In this document: one piece after another, positions 1-7,864 of the stretch
How positions within the stretch are numbered: the stretch's first letter is position 1
Layout: every line of letters starts with the position of its first letter
Assembly (NCBI GenBank): GCA_004297215.1
Contig: SCUM01000001.1
Span: 742,716 to 806,715 of the forward strand
From: Patescibacteria group bacterium
GTDB lineage: Bacteria > Patescibacteriota > Patescibacteriia > UBA9934 > GWF2-40-263
Direction: 5' to 3'
Length of the DNA stretch: 64,000 nt
Translations under genes and position numbers: made by a program
The notes under the pieces: generated by a model
Database searches by the model: none
What the model was told of the DNA's origin: nothing
The model's input: the letters and a program-made list of their open reading frames with translations, nothing else

Positions 1-2623
1 CCCCCTCCTTACCACCAGGGACGGCCGGGTGGTGAATGCCGCGTACGGGTTCTCGATGATGCTCGAAAAGATCCTCGAGCAGTTCCGCCCCGATTATGCG
101 GCCGTGGCCTGGGACCTCCCCGGGGACACCTTCCGCCACGAGGCGTATGCGCCGTACAAGGCGCAGCGCAAAAAAAAGGAGCAGGAGCTCTACGACCAGA
201 TCCCGCTCATCCAGGAAATCCTCAGGGCGCACGGCATCCCTTCCCTCTCGGCCGAAGGGTTCGAGGCCGACGACGTGATCGGCACCCTTTCGAAGACGGC
301 GGCGGACGAAGGGATGCAGACGCTCATCGTGACCGGCGACATGGACAGCCTGCAGCTCGTGGATGATTCGACGAAGGTCGTGTCGTTCGTGAAAGGCATC
401 AGCGAGACCAAGACGTACGACGAGGCGGCGGTGAAGGAACGCTTCGGCCTCACGCCTTCGCAGCTCATCGACTACAAGGCCTTCCGTGGCGACCCGAGCG
501 ACAACCTGCCGGGCGTCTCGGGGATCGGAGAGAAGTCGGCCGTGGAGATGCTGCATCAGTTCAAGACGGTGGATGGGGTGTTTGCCGCGCTCAAGGAGGG
601 GAAGGTGCCGGAAAAGTACGCGAAGAAGCTCGAGGGGCACGAGCAGACGGCTTCGCTCATGCGCGAGCTGGTGACGATCCGCCGCGACGTGCCGCTCCCC
701 GGCTTCCGCTTCGAGGACGCCAAGGCCGGCCGGGAGGACCTCACGAAGGTCGTCGAGATGTACCGCGACCTGGAGTTCCGCACGCTTCTCAAGAAGCACA
801 TGTCCGCCGGGGTCGTGGAGGCGCCGCCCATCGGGGCGGTCGGTTCAGGGCGCGACCCCCTGCCTGCCCACCGAAGCTTCAGCGAAGGTGGGTCGTCCCC
901 CTTGAAAAGGGGGACACTCGTCCTCGTGCGGAGCGCGTCCGAGGCGGAGAAATCGATGGACGGGTTGGGTCCGGAGGTCGGCGTTCTCGCGGCCGTGCAG
1001 ATCCAGCAGGCGCTGTTCGGGCCTACGGTGGCGGTGTGCGCCATCTCGGACGGAACGAAGACGGTCGTGTTCCCACGCCCCGCGAAGGAAACGCTCGACG
1101 CGATCCTCGTCGCGCTCGAGAGCGCCAAGCGCGTGGTCACGCACGACCTGAAGGGGCTGATGCACGCCACCGGGTGGAAGCCCGATCAGCGCTGGAGCGA
1201 CCTCATGGTGGGTTCCTACGTGCTGAATCCGGGCAGCCGCGCGCACGACTTGCACAGCGCGCTCGCGCAGCTCGCCGGCGCGAAGCTCCCGGAGTTCACG
1301 GGGTTCAATGGCGACGACGAGCTGCGCGCGTTCGGCGAGGCGGCGTCGCATCTTTCCGCGGCCGCGAAGACGCTATTCGCGAGGCTCGAGGAGACGGGAA
1401 TGAAAAAGGTGTACCTCGACATCGAGCTGCCGCTCGTCCCCGTCTTGTTCGACATGGAAGCCGCCGGCATCGAGCTCGACGTGAAGGCGCTCGGGAAGCT
1501 CCGGAAGACGTTCGCCGCCGACCTCGGCCGCCTGCGCGCCGACATCATCAAGGAGGCAGGCGAGGAATTCAACGTGAACGCGCCCGCGCAGCTCGCCACC
1601 ATCTTGTTCGACAAGCTCCATCTTCCCACGAAGGGCATCAAGCGCACGCAAAGCGGGTTCTCCACGGCCGCCTCCGAGCTCGAGAAGCTCGAGGACGCGC
1701 ACGCAATCATCCCGCTCGTGTCGCAGTACCGCGAGCTCGCGAAGCTGCAGTCCACGTATGTCGAATCCCTTCCCTCGCTGGTGCGACCCGACGGCCGCGT
1801 GCACACCACGTTCAACCAGACGGTCGCCGCGACAGGCCGCTTGTCCTCATCGGACCCGAATCTTCAGAACATTCCGATCAAGACCGAGCTTGGTAACAAG
1901 ATCCGCGAGGCGTTCGTGGCCGGCCGCGGCAAGCGCCTTATCGCCGTGGATTACAGCCAGATCGAGCTGCGCCTGGCCGCCGTCATCGCCAAGGACGAAC
2001 CGTTCGTGAAGGCGTTCCGCGAAGGAGCCGACATTCATACGCGCACCGCGGCCGAGGTGTGGGACGTCCCTGAAGACAAGGTCACGCCCGAACAGCGTCG
2101 CTCCGCCAAGGCCATCAACTTCGGCATCCTCTACGGCATGGGGCCGCGCTCCCTCGCGCGCTCGACCGGCATGAGCATGGGCGAGGCGCAGCAGTTCATC
2201 GAAAAGTACTTCGCCATCCACCACAAGATCCGCGAATACATGGACGCCACCAAGCTCCAGGCGCACGAGAAAGGCTACGTGGAAACGCTGTTCGGCCGCC
2301 GCCGCTACCTGCCGGAGGTCACGTCCGGGGTCCCGATGCTCGTCGCCATGGCCGAGCGCATGGCCGTGAACATGCCCATCCAAGGCACCCAGGCCGACGT
2401 GGTGAAGCTCGCGATGATTTCCGTCGACCATTGGCTGAAGACCAGCGGCTGGCCCGCGCGACTCCTCTTGCAGGTGCATGACGAACTGGTCATCGAGTGC
2501 GACGCGGACGCGGTGAAGGCGGTTTCAAAGGGCGTGAAAGAGTTGATGGAGGGCGTGGCGAACTTCGAGGTGCCGCTTACCGTCGAGGTGGAGGTCGGGA
2601 CCAGCTGGGGGAAGATGAAATAG
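1..2623 (+). CDS. polA: DNA polymerase I, 5'-partial (frame continues upstream of window)
   Basis: ORF 29..2623 in frame to position 2. N-terminal 5'-3' exonuclease motifs (AAYGF, GIPSL...EADDVIGTL, VTGDMDSLQLV, GVSGIGEKSA). C-terminal Klenow polymerase motifs (DYSQIELRLAA, INFGILYG, QVHDELV). Stop TAG at 2621-2623. Confidence 0.95.
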   Translation, partial: PLLTTRDGRVVNAAYGFSMMLEKILEQFRPDYAAVAWDLPGDTFRHEAYAPYKAQRKKKEQELYDQIPLIQEILRAHGIPSLSAEGFEADDVIGTLSKTAADEGMQTLIVTGDMDSLQLVDDSTKVVSFVKGISETKTYDEAAVKERFGLTPSQLIDYKAFRGDPSDNLPGVSGIGEKSAVEMLHQFKTVDGVFAALKEGKVPEKYAKKLEGHEQTASLMRELVTIRRDVPLPGFRFEDAKAGREDLTKVVEMYRDLEFRTLLKKHMSAGVVEAPPIGAVGSGRDPLPAHRSFSEGGSSPLKRGTLVLVRSASEAEKSMDGLGPEVGVLAAVQIQQALFGPTVAVCAISDGTKTVVFPRPAKETLDAILVALESAKRVVTHDLKGLMHATGWKPDQRWSDLMVGSYVLNPGSRAHDLHSALAQLAGAKLPEFTGFNGDDELRAFGEAASHLSAAAKTLFARLEETGMKKVYLDIELPLVPVLFDMEAAGIELDVKALGKLRKTFAADLGRLRADIIKEAGEEFNVNAPAQLATILFDKLHLPTKGIKRTQSGFSTAASELEKLEDAHAIIPLVSQYRELAKLQSTYVESLPSLVRPDGRVHTTFNQTVAATGRLSSSDPNLQNIPIKTELGNKIREAFVAGRGKRLIAVDYSQIELRLAAVIAKDEPFVKAFREGADIHTRTAAEVWDVPEDKVTPEQRRSAKAINFGILYGMGPRSLARSTGMSMGEAQQFIEKYFAIHHKIREYMDATKLQAHEKGYVETLFGRRRYLPEVTSGVPMLVAMAERMAVNMPIQGTQADVVKLAMISVDHWLKTSGWPARLLLQVHDELVIECDADAVKAVSKGVKELMEGVANFEVPLTVEVEVGTSWGKMK
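856..915. repeat. Composite palindromic repeat (CCGAAGCTTCAGCGAAGG + CCCCCTTGAAAAGGGGG) inserted in frame in the polA linker
   Basis: The same motifs recur at 54596-54624, 55450-55508, 36258-36334, 20039-20092 and 11444-11475. Encodes ...PAHRSFSEGGSSPLKRG... between the exonuclease and polymerase domains. Confidence 0.75.
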
Positions 2624-2626
2624 GTA

Positions 2627-3582
2627 TGCTCATCATCGTCTACGGCGACGACTCGTTCCGGGTGCAGGAGAAGGTGCGCCAGCTCACGGACGCCTTCAAG
2701 AAGAAATTCGACCCGACCGGGATGAATCTGGCTTCCTTCGGCGAGAAGGCCGACGTGGGCGAAGTGATGCAGGCCGTCCGTTCCATGCCGTTCATGGGGG
2801 AAAAGCGGATGGTGGTGATCCGCGATCTCGTGTCGAAGTCGAAAAAGGGAGACGAGGACGCATGGGTTGGGCTCAAGGCGACGCCGGACTCCACGATCGT
2901 CGTCCTATGGGAGAGCGATGACGCGAAGGCGCTTGAGAAGAAGGCGCTGTTCAAGTCATTGAAGGATGCGGCGGAGCTGCACCTCTATCCATTCCCCGTC
3001 CTTGAAGGTCCGGCTCTCACGAAGTGGATCACGGAACGCATCACGTCGCAGGGCGGGAAGATCGCCCCTGCCGCGGCAACGGAAATCGCTTCGCGCGTGT
3101 CCGGCGACTTGTGGCAGGCGGACGGCGAGATTCGGAAACTGACCGCGTTTGCCTCTGGTCGCGAAATCACGGCGGACGACGTGCGAGAGCTCGTCCGCCC
3201 GTCGTTCGAGGGGGAAATCTTCGCGTTCATCGACGCGGTGAGCCAGCGCAACGGGAAGGAAGCGTTCCGGCTCCTCGCGCAGGAACGGTCAGCTGGCAGC
3301 GAAGACCATTACCTGCTCGCCATGCTCGCACGCCAGGTAAGGATTTTGCTCGGCGTGCGCGCGATGATGGATGAGGACGTGCGCGTCGCCAAAGACGCGA
3401 TTGCGACGGAACTCGCGCTGCACCCGTTCGTGGCGCAAAAGGCCATGGCGGCCGCGCGCCGCTTCACGCTGTCCGAGCTCATGGCCGCGCACGACGCTTT
3501 GTTCGAACGCGAAGTCGGGGTGAAGTCCGGGATGGATCCCGAGACAGCGGTGGACCTGATGACTGTTCAGATGACGGGATAA
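2627..3582 (+). CDS. holA: DNA polymerase III delta subunit
   Basis: ATG at 2627, 3 nt after the polA stop. Begins MLIIVYGDDSFRVQEK.., typical HolA N-terminus, followed by a helical C-terminal domain. The annotated ORF start at 2497 (GTG) overlaps polA and is unlikely. Confidence 0.8.
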
Positions 3583-3712
3583 GGACCAAGGTCGGAAGGT
3601 TTTGAAAGGACCAAAGGACACGTGAAAGGATTGAAGGACGAAAAGACGAAGGTTTTAAAGCCTTCGTCTTTCAATCCCTTTGACCTTTCACGTGTCCTTT
3701 GGTCCTTGGTCC
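3583..3712. repeat. 130-bp imperfect palindromic element, probable bidirectional terminator (copy 1)
   Basis: Long inverted repeat GGACCAAGG..GAAAGGACCAAAGGACACGTGAAAGG..GACGAAGGTTTTAAAGCCTTCGTC..CCTTTCACGTGTCCTTTGGTCCTTGGTCC between convergent holA and rpsT. Second copy at 61791-61920. Confidence 0.8.
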
Positions 3713-3721
3713 GTTCAACCT

Positions 3722-3991
3722 TTAATCCTTCGAAGCCACATTTACGCGCTTCATGAGGCGGCTCTTTGTGCGGCTCACGGTGTTCAGCTTGAGGATTCCG
3801 CGGGAGACGGCCTTGTCGAGCTTCTTTCCGATCAAGGTCATGAGCTCGGTGGCCTCCTTGGCCTTCTTTGCCTCGAGGAGCTTGCGCAGTTTGACCTGCA
3901 TGGACTCGATCTCGGCCTTGGCGATCTTGTTGCGCAGGGTCCGTTTGACCGTTTGGCGCATCGCTTTTGCGGCACTGGCTTTATTGGGCAT
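3722..3991 (-). CDS. rpsT: 30S ribosomal protein S20
   Basis: 89 aa, MPNKASAAKAMRQTVKRTLRNK.., basic and helical, matches the S20 family. Confidence 0.9.
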   Translation of the reverse strand: MPNKASAAKAMRQTVKRTLRNKIAKAEIESMQVKLRKLLEAKKAKEATELMTLIGKKLDKAVSRGILKLNTVSRTKSRLMKRVNVASKD

Positions 3992-4003
3992 AGTGGGGCG
4001 ATA

Positions 4004-5116
4004 TTAGGATATCTCCGTTTCCCTGTCAATCTCGGGGGATGCAAGCGCCTTCCCCGTCTTCCCTGCGGCAATCTTGAAAATGTCCTTGTCGATTTTCTTC
4101 AGCTCGTTGCTCGACTCTGCATACGCGCGGGCGGTCGTCTCCAGATGCTTCCCGACCTTGCCGTGATACTCCTCGTACGCCTTGAGATGGCGATTGAGAT
4201 GTTCCGCCTGCACCTGGATCTCCTTCACCGAATCCTCGATCTGCAGCGCACGCAAGCCAAGCAGCACCGTCTGCAGGTAGGCGAAGAAGGAGGTGGGCGA
4301 CACGATCATCACCCCCTTCTCGAACGCGTACTCGATGAGATTGCGCGTGTTCACGTTCACGGCGCCGACGCTCGAGGTGATGAGATTGTGATAGACCCCT
4401 TCGGCCGGGACGAACATGAACGAAAAGTTCGTAGTTCCGCGCTCCGGACGGATGTATTTAGATGTCTCATCAATGCGCTTCTTGACGTCACTCTTGAATT
4501 CGCGCTCCAAGGCCTCTCGTCGGAGCGCATCTGTCTCAAGAGAAATTTTGTTGTAGTTCTCTAACGAAAATTTTGCGTCAATTGGTATCAACATTTCCTT
4601 CACGAAGATAACGGCATCTGGAATCAGTTTTGCATTCGTATCTTCGTCTACTCCCAGATCGTATTGCATTTGGTACTGGGTGGGTTGTAATACCTGTCCA
4701 AGAAGCGTTTCAAGCCAATATTCCCCAAGAATTCCTCGCTGCTTTGGATTCTTAAGAATATTTTCCAAGCTCTGTAGCTGTTTGGAGAAGTCCAGTACTT
4801 GCTTATTCGTTTCATCTAGCTTCGTGAGCTTTTCCGTTACATCCCGGACGATGCCAGAGGTATGAGCGGAATGCTTCTGGATCATCTGCATCGAATCATT
4901 CAGGCCTCGTGACATCCGGTCATCGATGCGATCCAGACGCCCCTGGAGTTCGGTTCTTCCCTTGGTTGATACCTCATCCATGTCCCGGCGGATGTCATTA
5001 AGCAGCTGGATCACTGACGAATCCAATGGGGCAGCTCCGACAGACCGCCTGGAATAGAAAAGAAAGGCGATAAGGCCGACAATCACGACAACCATGGCGA
5101 TTTCAATCGAATTCAT
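4004..5116 (-). CDS. rmuC: DNA recombination protein RmuC
   Basis: 370 aa. N-terminal TM helix plus coiled coil. C-terminal RmuC nuclease-like domain (FSFMFVPAEGVYHNLI...MIVSPTSFFAYLQTV). Confidence 0.85.
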   Translation of the reverse strand: MNSIEIAMVVVIVGLIAFLFYSRRSVGAAPLDSSVIQLLNDIRRDMDEVSTKGRTELQGRLDRIDDRMSRGLNDSMQMIQKHSAHTSGIVRDVTEKLTKLDETNKQVLDFSKQLQSLENILKNPKQRGILGEYWLETLLGQVLQPTQYQMQYDLGVDEDTNAKLIPDAVIFVKEMLIPIDAKFSLENYNKISLETDALRREALEREFKSDVKKRIDETSKYIRPERGTTNFSFMFVPAEGVYHNLITSSVGAVNVNTRNLIEYAFEKGVMIVSPTSFFAYLQTVLLGLRALQIEDSVKEIQVQAEHLNRHLKAYEEYHGKVGKHLETTARAYAESSNELKKIDKDIFKIAAGKTGKALASPEIDRETEIS

Positions 5117-5120
5117 ACGT

Positions 5121-5149
5121 TTGACGACTTGCTCGTATCCCCGTAAAAT
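5121..5149 (+). promoter_or_regulatory. Sigma70-like promoter reading toward the tRNA cluster
   Basis: TTGACG, 17-nt spacer, TAAAAT (about 5121-5149), located 110 nt upstream of tRNA-Arg. Confidence 0.45.
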
Positions 5150-5261
5150 GCGCCCACTGGAAGCTTAGTATAGCACGGACATTCACAACCCACCCATCCA
5201 GCACATGTACGTTTTACGACACATAAATGTTTCATGTGAAACAAAATGGGAGTTCGTTAAT

Positions 5262-5336
5262 GCCCTCATAGCTCAACGGATAGAGCAGATCCGTCCTAAG
5301 GATAAGATGGGGGTTCAATTCCCTCTGGGGGCACCA
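5262..5336 (+). tRNA. tRNA-Arg (anticodon CCU)
   Basis: Cloverleaf folds: acceptor GCCCTCA/TGGGGGC, T-loop GGTTCAATTCC, anticodon loop GTCCTAA, encoded 3' ACCA. Confidence 0.8.
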
Positions 5337-5437
5337 GCCTTCGCTCTTGATCGAGCCTAGGCAGACGCGCCAGCCACAGCTCGCTAGTGCGACATGTGGT
5401 AGCAGAGAATGTTTCACGTGGAACAAAATGGAAGTAT

Positions 5438-5513
5438 GGGCCGATAGCTCAGCTGGTAGAGCGCTGCATTCGCATTGCAGAGGTCTGGGGTTCGATTCCC
5501 CATCGGTCCACCA
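5438..5513 (+). tRNA. tRNA-Ala (anticodon CGC)
   Basis: 76 nt. Acceptor GGGCCGA/TCGGTCC with G3:U70, D-arm TAGCTCAGCTGGTAGAGC, anticodon loop TTCGCAT, T-loop GGTTCGATTCC, CCA encoded. Confidence 0.9.
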
Positions 5514-5545
5514 GAGATCACTACGGAAGTAGTGATTTTTGTTTT

Positions 5546-5726
5546 GCTCAGCCCCGACGCTACGCCATCGAGTCTCAAGGCGTAGGTCGGGGGTCCGACC
5601 GAAGCGTCGGACCTGGTAGAGCGCTGCATTCGCATTGCAGCCCAGACGCTTTCTGATGAAAGGTCGGGGTCCCGGACCCATCAGGCGTCGGGAAGGTCTG
5701 GGGTTCGATTCCCCACAGGTCCACCA
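5546..5726 (+). pseudogene. tRNA-Ala-like gene copy disrupted by two palindromic insertions (pseudo-tRNA or unusual tRNA)
   Basis: The 3' two-thirds matches tRNA-Ala(CGC) exactly (CTGCATTCGCATTGCAG ... GGTCTGGGGTTCGATTCCCCACAGGTCCACCA). A 52-nt hairpin (CCCAGACGC..GCGTCGGG) sits in the variable-loop position. The D-arm region GCTCAG / CTGGTAGAGC is split by a second CCCGACGCT..AGCGTCGG palindrome. No intact 5' acceptor strand. Confidence 0.5.
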
Positions 5727-5757
5727 AAAGTCGCCTTGAAAGTGGCGACTTTTGTAT
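5727..5757 (+). terminator. Rho-independent terminator after the tRNA cluster
   Basis: AAGTCGCC-TTGAAAGT-GGCGACTTTTGTATTT hairpin followed by a T-run. Confidence 0.75.
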
Positions 5758-6029
5758 TTCTAAGTCGTAACACTATTTGATTTCAAATATATGGATCCTT
5801 ATCATCTTCCTAGCGGGGGACACTGCGCCTTTGTTGTTGATTAATCGTGCGGATTGATGTCCACGAGATCATGGAAATATATTACTACTTGTCTACAACA
5901 TTGTACACAAACGTGTAATTCATTTTTTGAGCTGTGGATAACATGAGATTTCGAAGAGGATACGCGAGATTCATTTGAAAAACGTACAGTAGTAACAATT
6001 TTCTTTGCTGACGTTAGCAATAAAATGCT

Positions 6030-6058
6030 TTGACCAAAACATGTATTCAAGGTATAAT
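6030..6058 (+). promoter_or_regulatory. Consensus sigma70 promoter of surface locus 1
   Basis: TTGACC, 17-nt spacer, TATAAT. Preceded by AAAATGCTTTGAC, shared with the promoter at 32728. Lies in a 270-bp AT-rich island. Confidence 0.7.
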
Positions 6059-6077
6059 ATGGTCTGTAGCTTAGACT

Positions 6078-6983
6078 ATGCGTTACGCATCGGTCGCCGC
6101 GACAATTGTGGGGATGTTTATCTATGTGCCTTTTGCATTCGCGGAAATGTCCTCCGCGAATTTTGAGATCCGTTGGGATACGTTGAGTTCTGGTGGAGAC
6201 GATACGAGCTCGTCCGCATCGTATCTGCTTCGCGATACAGCGGGAGACGCGGGGATCGGAGATTCGACGAGCGCCAGTTACGAGCTTGCCGCCGGCTATC
6301 GCCAGGGCGTGAACGACCAGGTGATTACGTTCGAGGTGTTCGCCCAGGACAACGGCACGGAGCAGGCAGCCACGGCGCTCGTCTCGACGACCATCACCAC
6401 GAGCACGGCCGGATTGTCCATCGATGACTTCATCCTGCTCGTGCAGGACAAGGGCGCCTCGCAGGTTTCCGCCGTGGGCAGGATCGTTTCGATCGGCGCG
6501 GGAACCATCACGCTCGACGAACTCAAGGACGGCGGGACCGCGCCGACGATCGACGGGACGAACGACTTCGTCTACGCGCTCACGTCTTCGACCGCCGCAC
6601 TCGGTACGCTCGACGTCGCCGCGGTCAACACGTCGGTCGTCGCGTTCGACGTCACGGCCGAGGCGGATGCCGGATACACGGTGCAGATGATGGATGACGG
6701 CAACCTCCGCAACGGCGGCAACGACATCAACGACGTCGCGGACGGCACCGTGACCGCCGGCAGCGAGGAGTATGGCGGCCGTTCGTCCGATACGACGCTT
6801 GCGGGCTCCACGTTCGACACGGCTGACACGGCCGTAACGACGGGCTTCCAGGACGTTGCGGACCGCTCCGTCGCGTCGTTCTCTTCGCGCGATTTCGTGA
6901 CGCTCAAGGCATCGATGACCGGCGCGACCGAAAACCTCGCGTACGCGAACGTCACGAGCTTCGTGATTTCCGGGAACTACTGA
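6078..6983 (+). CDS. Secreted subunit-like protein (signal peptide, three SxNY-type repeats, C-terminal ...FVISGNY)
   Basis: 301 aa. Signal peptide MRYASVAATIVGMFIYVPFAFA. Paralog of 32767..33426 (shared DV(A/S)DG(T/A)VTAGSEEYG and terminal (I/V)(A/S)(T/S)GNY). Ser/Thr/Asp-rich. Confidence 0.75.
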   Translation: MRYASVAATIVGMFIYVPFAFAEMSSANFEIRWDTLSSGGDDTSSSASYLLRDTAGDAGIGDSTSASYELAAGYRQGVNDQVITFEVFAQDNGTEQAATALVSTTITTSTAGLSIDDFILLVQDKGASQVSAVGRIVSIGAGTITLDELKDGGTAPTIDGTNDFVYALTSSTAALGTLDVAAVNTSVVAFDVTAEADAGYTVQMMDDGNLRNGGNDINDVADGTVTAGSEEYGGRSSDTTLAGSTFDTADTAVTTGFQDVADRSVASFSSRDFVTLKASMTGATENLAYANVTSFVISGNY

Positions 6984-6984
6984 T

Positions 6985-7863
6985 ATGAAGCGTCTCGCCT
7001 CCGTCATCGCCATGCTCACGATGCTCACGCCGGTTGCCGCACGCGCTTTTTCCGTTTCTCCGGCGATCATCGACCTCTCCGCCACGCGCGGGACGGTCGC
7101 GTCGACGTCGATCACCATCACCAATGCCGACGCACGGGAGAAGACGTATTACCTGCAGGCGATCGCCTTCGAGCCGCGCGAGGACGCGGACGCGCCGCGT
7201 TTCCTCCCGCGCGAAGAGGGGACGGCGGGATTGTCGGAGTGGATTTCGATCGAGGACCGCGTGCGCGTGCCGGCGGGCGGGAAGCTCACGGTACCGGTAA
7301 AGGCGGCGGTGCCCATGGATGCGCTTCCCGGGACGCACTATGCCGCGATCACCGTGTCGGACGCGCCGTATGACGTGGTGGCTTCCCAAGGCGCCCCGAT
7401 CCAGGCGCGGGTGGCGGTCTTGCTGTTCCTGACGGTAGAAGGAGGGACGGCGAAGGCCGCGCTCCTGGATTTCCTGCCGGATCCCGCCGGAGCCATCCGG
7501 GAGAACACCTCGCACAGGTACGCCCTTCGCATCCAAAATCAGGGAGACGTGGTCGTGATCCCCGTCGGTACGGTAGAGACGAGGGACCTGTTCGGGCGAG
7601 TCGTCGCGTCGGCGCAGGTGAACGGGGAAGGGAAGCGCGTGGTCCCCGGATCGACGCGGACGTTCGAGGTGATCGTGCCGGAGAAGGGACTCGCCCTCGG
7701 CCCGGTGACGGCCACGCTCAAGCTGACCTACGCATCGGACCAGCCCGCCCTGTCTTCGTCCGACTCCTTCTGGGTATTCCCATGGCCGGTCGTCATCCTG
7801 TCGGCCTTCGTCGGCCTGATGGGTCTCATGATCCTGGTCGGCATCGTCCGACGACGCGCCTGA
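6985..7863 (+). CDS. Membrane-anchored PapD-like/DUF916-like beta-sandwich protein (candidate assembly chaperone)
   Basis: 292 aa. Signal peptide. N-terminus FSVSPAIIDLSATRGTVASTSITITNADAREKTYYLQAIAFEP resembles the pilus-chaperone N-domain motif. C-terminal FWVFPW followed by TM helix and RRRA tail. Paralog at 35280..36236. Confidence 0.75.
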   Translation: MKRLASVIAMLTMLTPVAARAFSVSPAIIDLSATRGTVASTSITITNADAREKTYYLQAIAFEPREDADAPRFLPREEGTAGLSEWISIEDRVRVPAGGKLTVPVKAAVPMDALPGTHYAAITVSDAPYDVVASQGAPIQARVAVLLFLTVEGGTAKAALLDFLPDPAGAIRENTSHRYALRIQNQGDVVVIPVGTVETRDLFGRVVASAQVNGEGKRVVPGSTRTFEVIVPEKGLALGPVTATLKLTYASDQPALSSSDSFWVFPWPVVILSAFVGLMGLMILVGIVRRRA

Positions 7864-7864
7864 T

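Noticed and set aside
2497-2626. Upstream GTG start (2497) for holA
   Set aside because: It overlaps the polA 3' end by 127 nt in another frame. The ATG at 2627 directly follows the polA stop and gives a typical HolA N-terminus.
6078-6983. WxL-domain (CscB/CscC) identity for the small secreted proteins
   Set aside because: No paired W-x-L motifs. Only the locus organisation and the DUF916-like partner resemble WxL/Csc loci.
5841-7124. 427-aa minus-strand ORF across the locus-1 promoter and subunit gene
   Set aside because: It overlaps a consensus promoter and a well-supported secreted-protein gene. Its start lies in the AT-rich island and it has an Arg-rich composition. Judged spurious.
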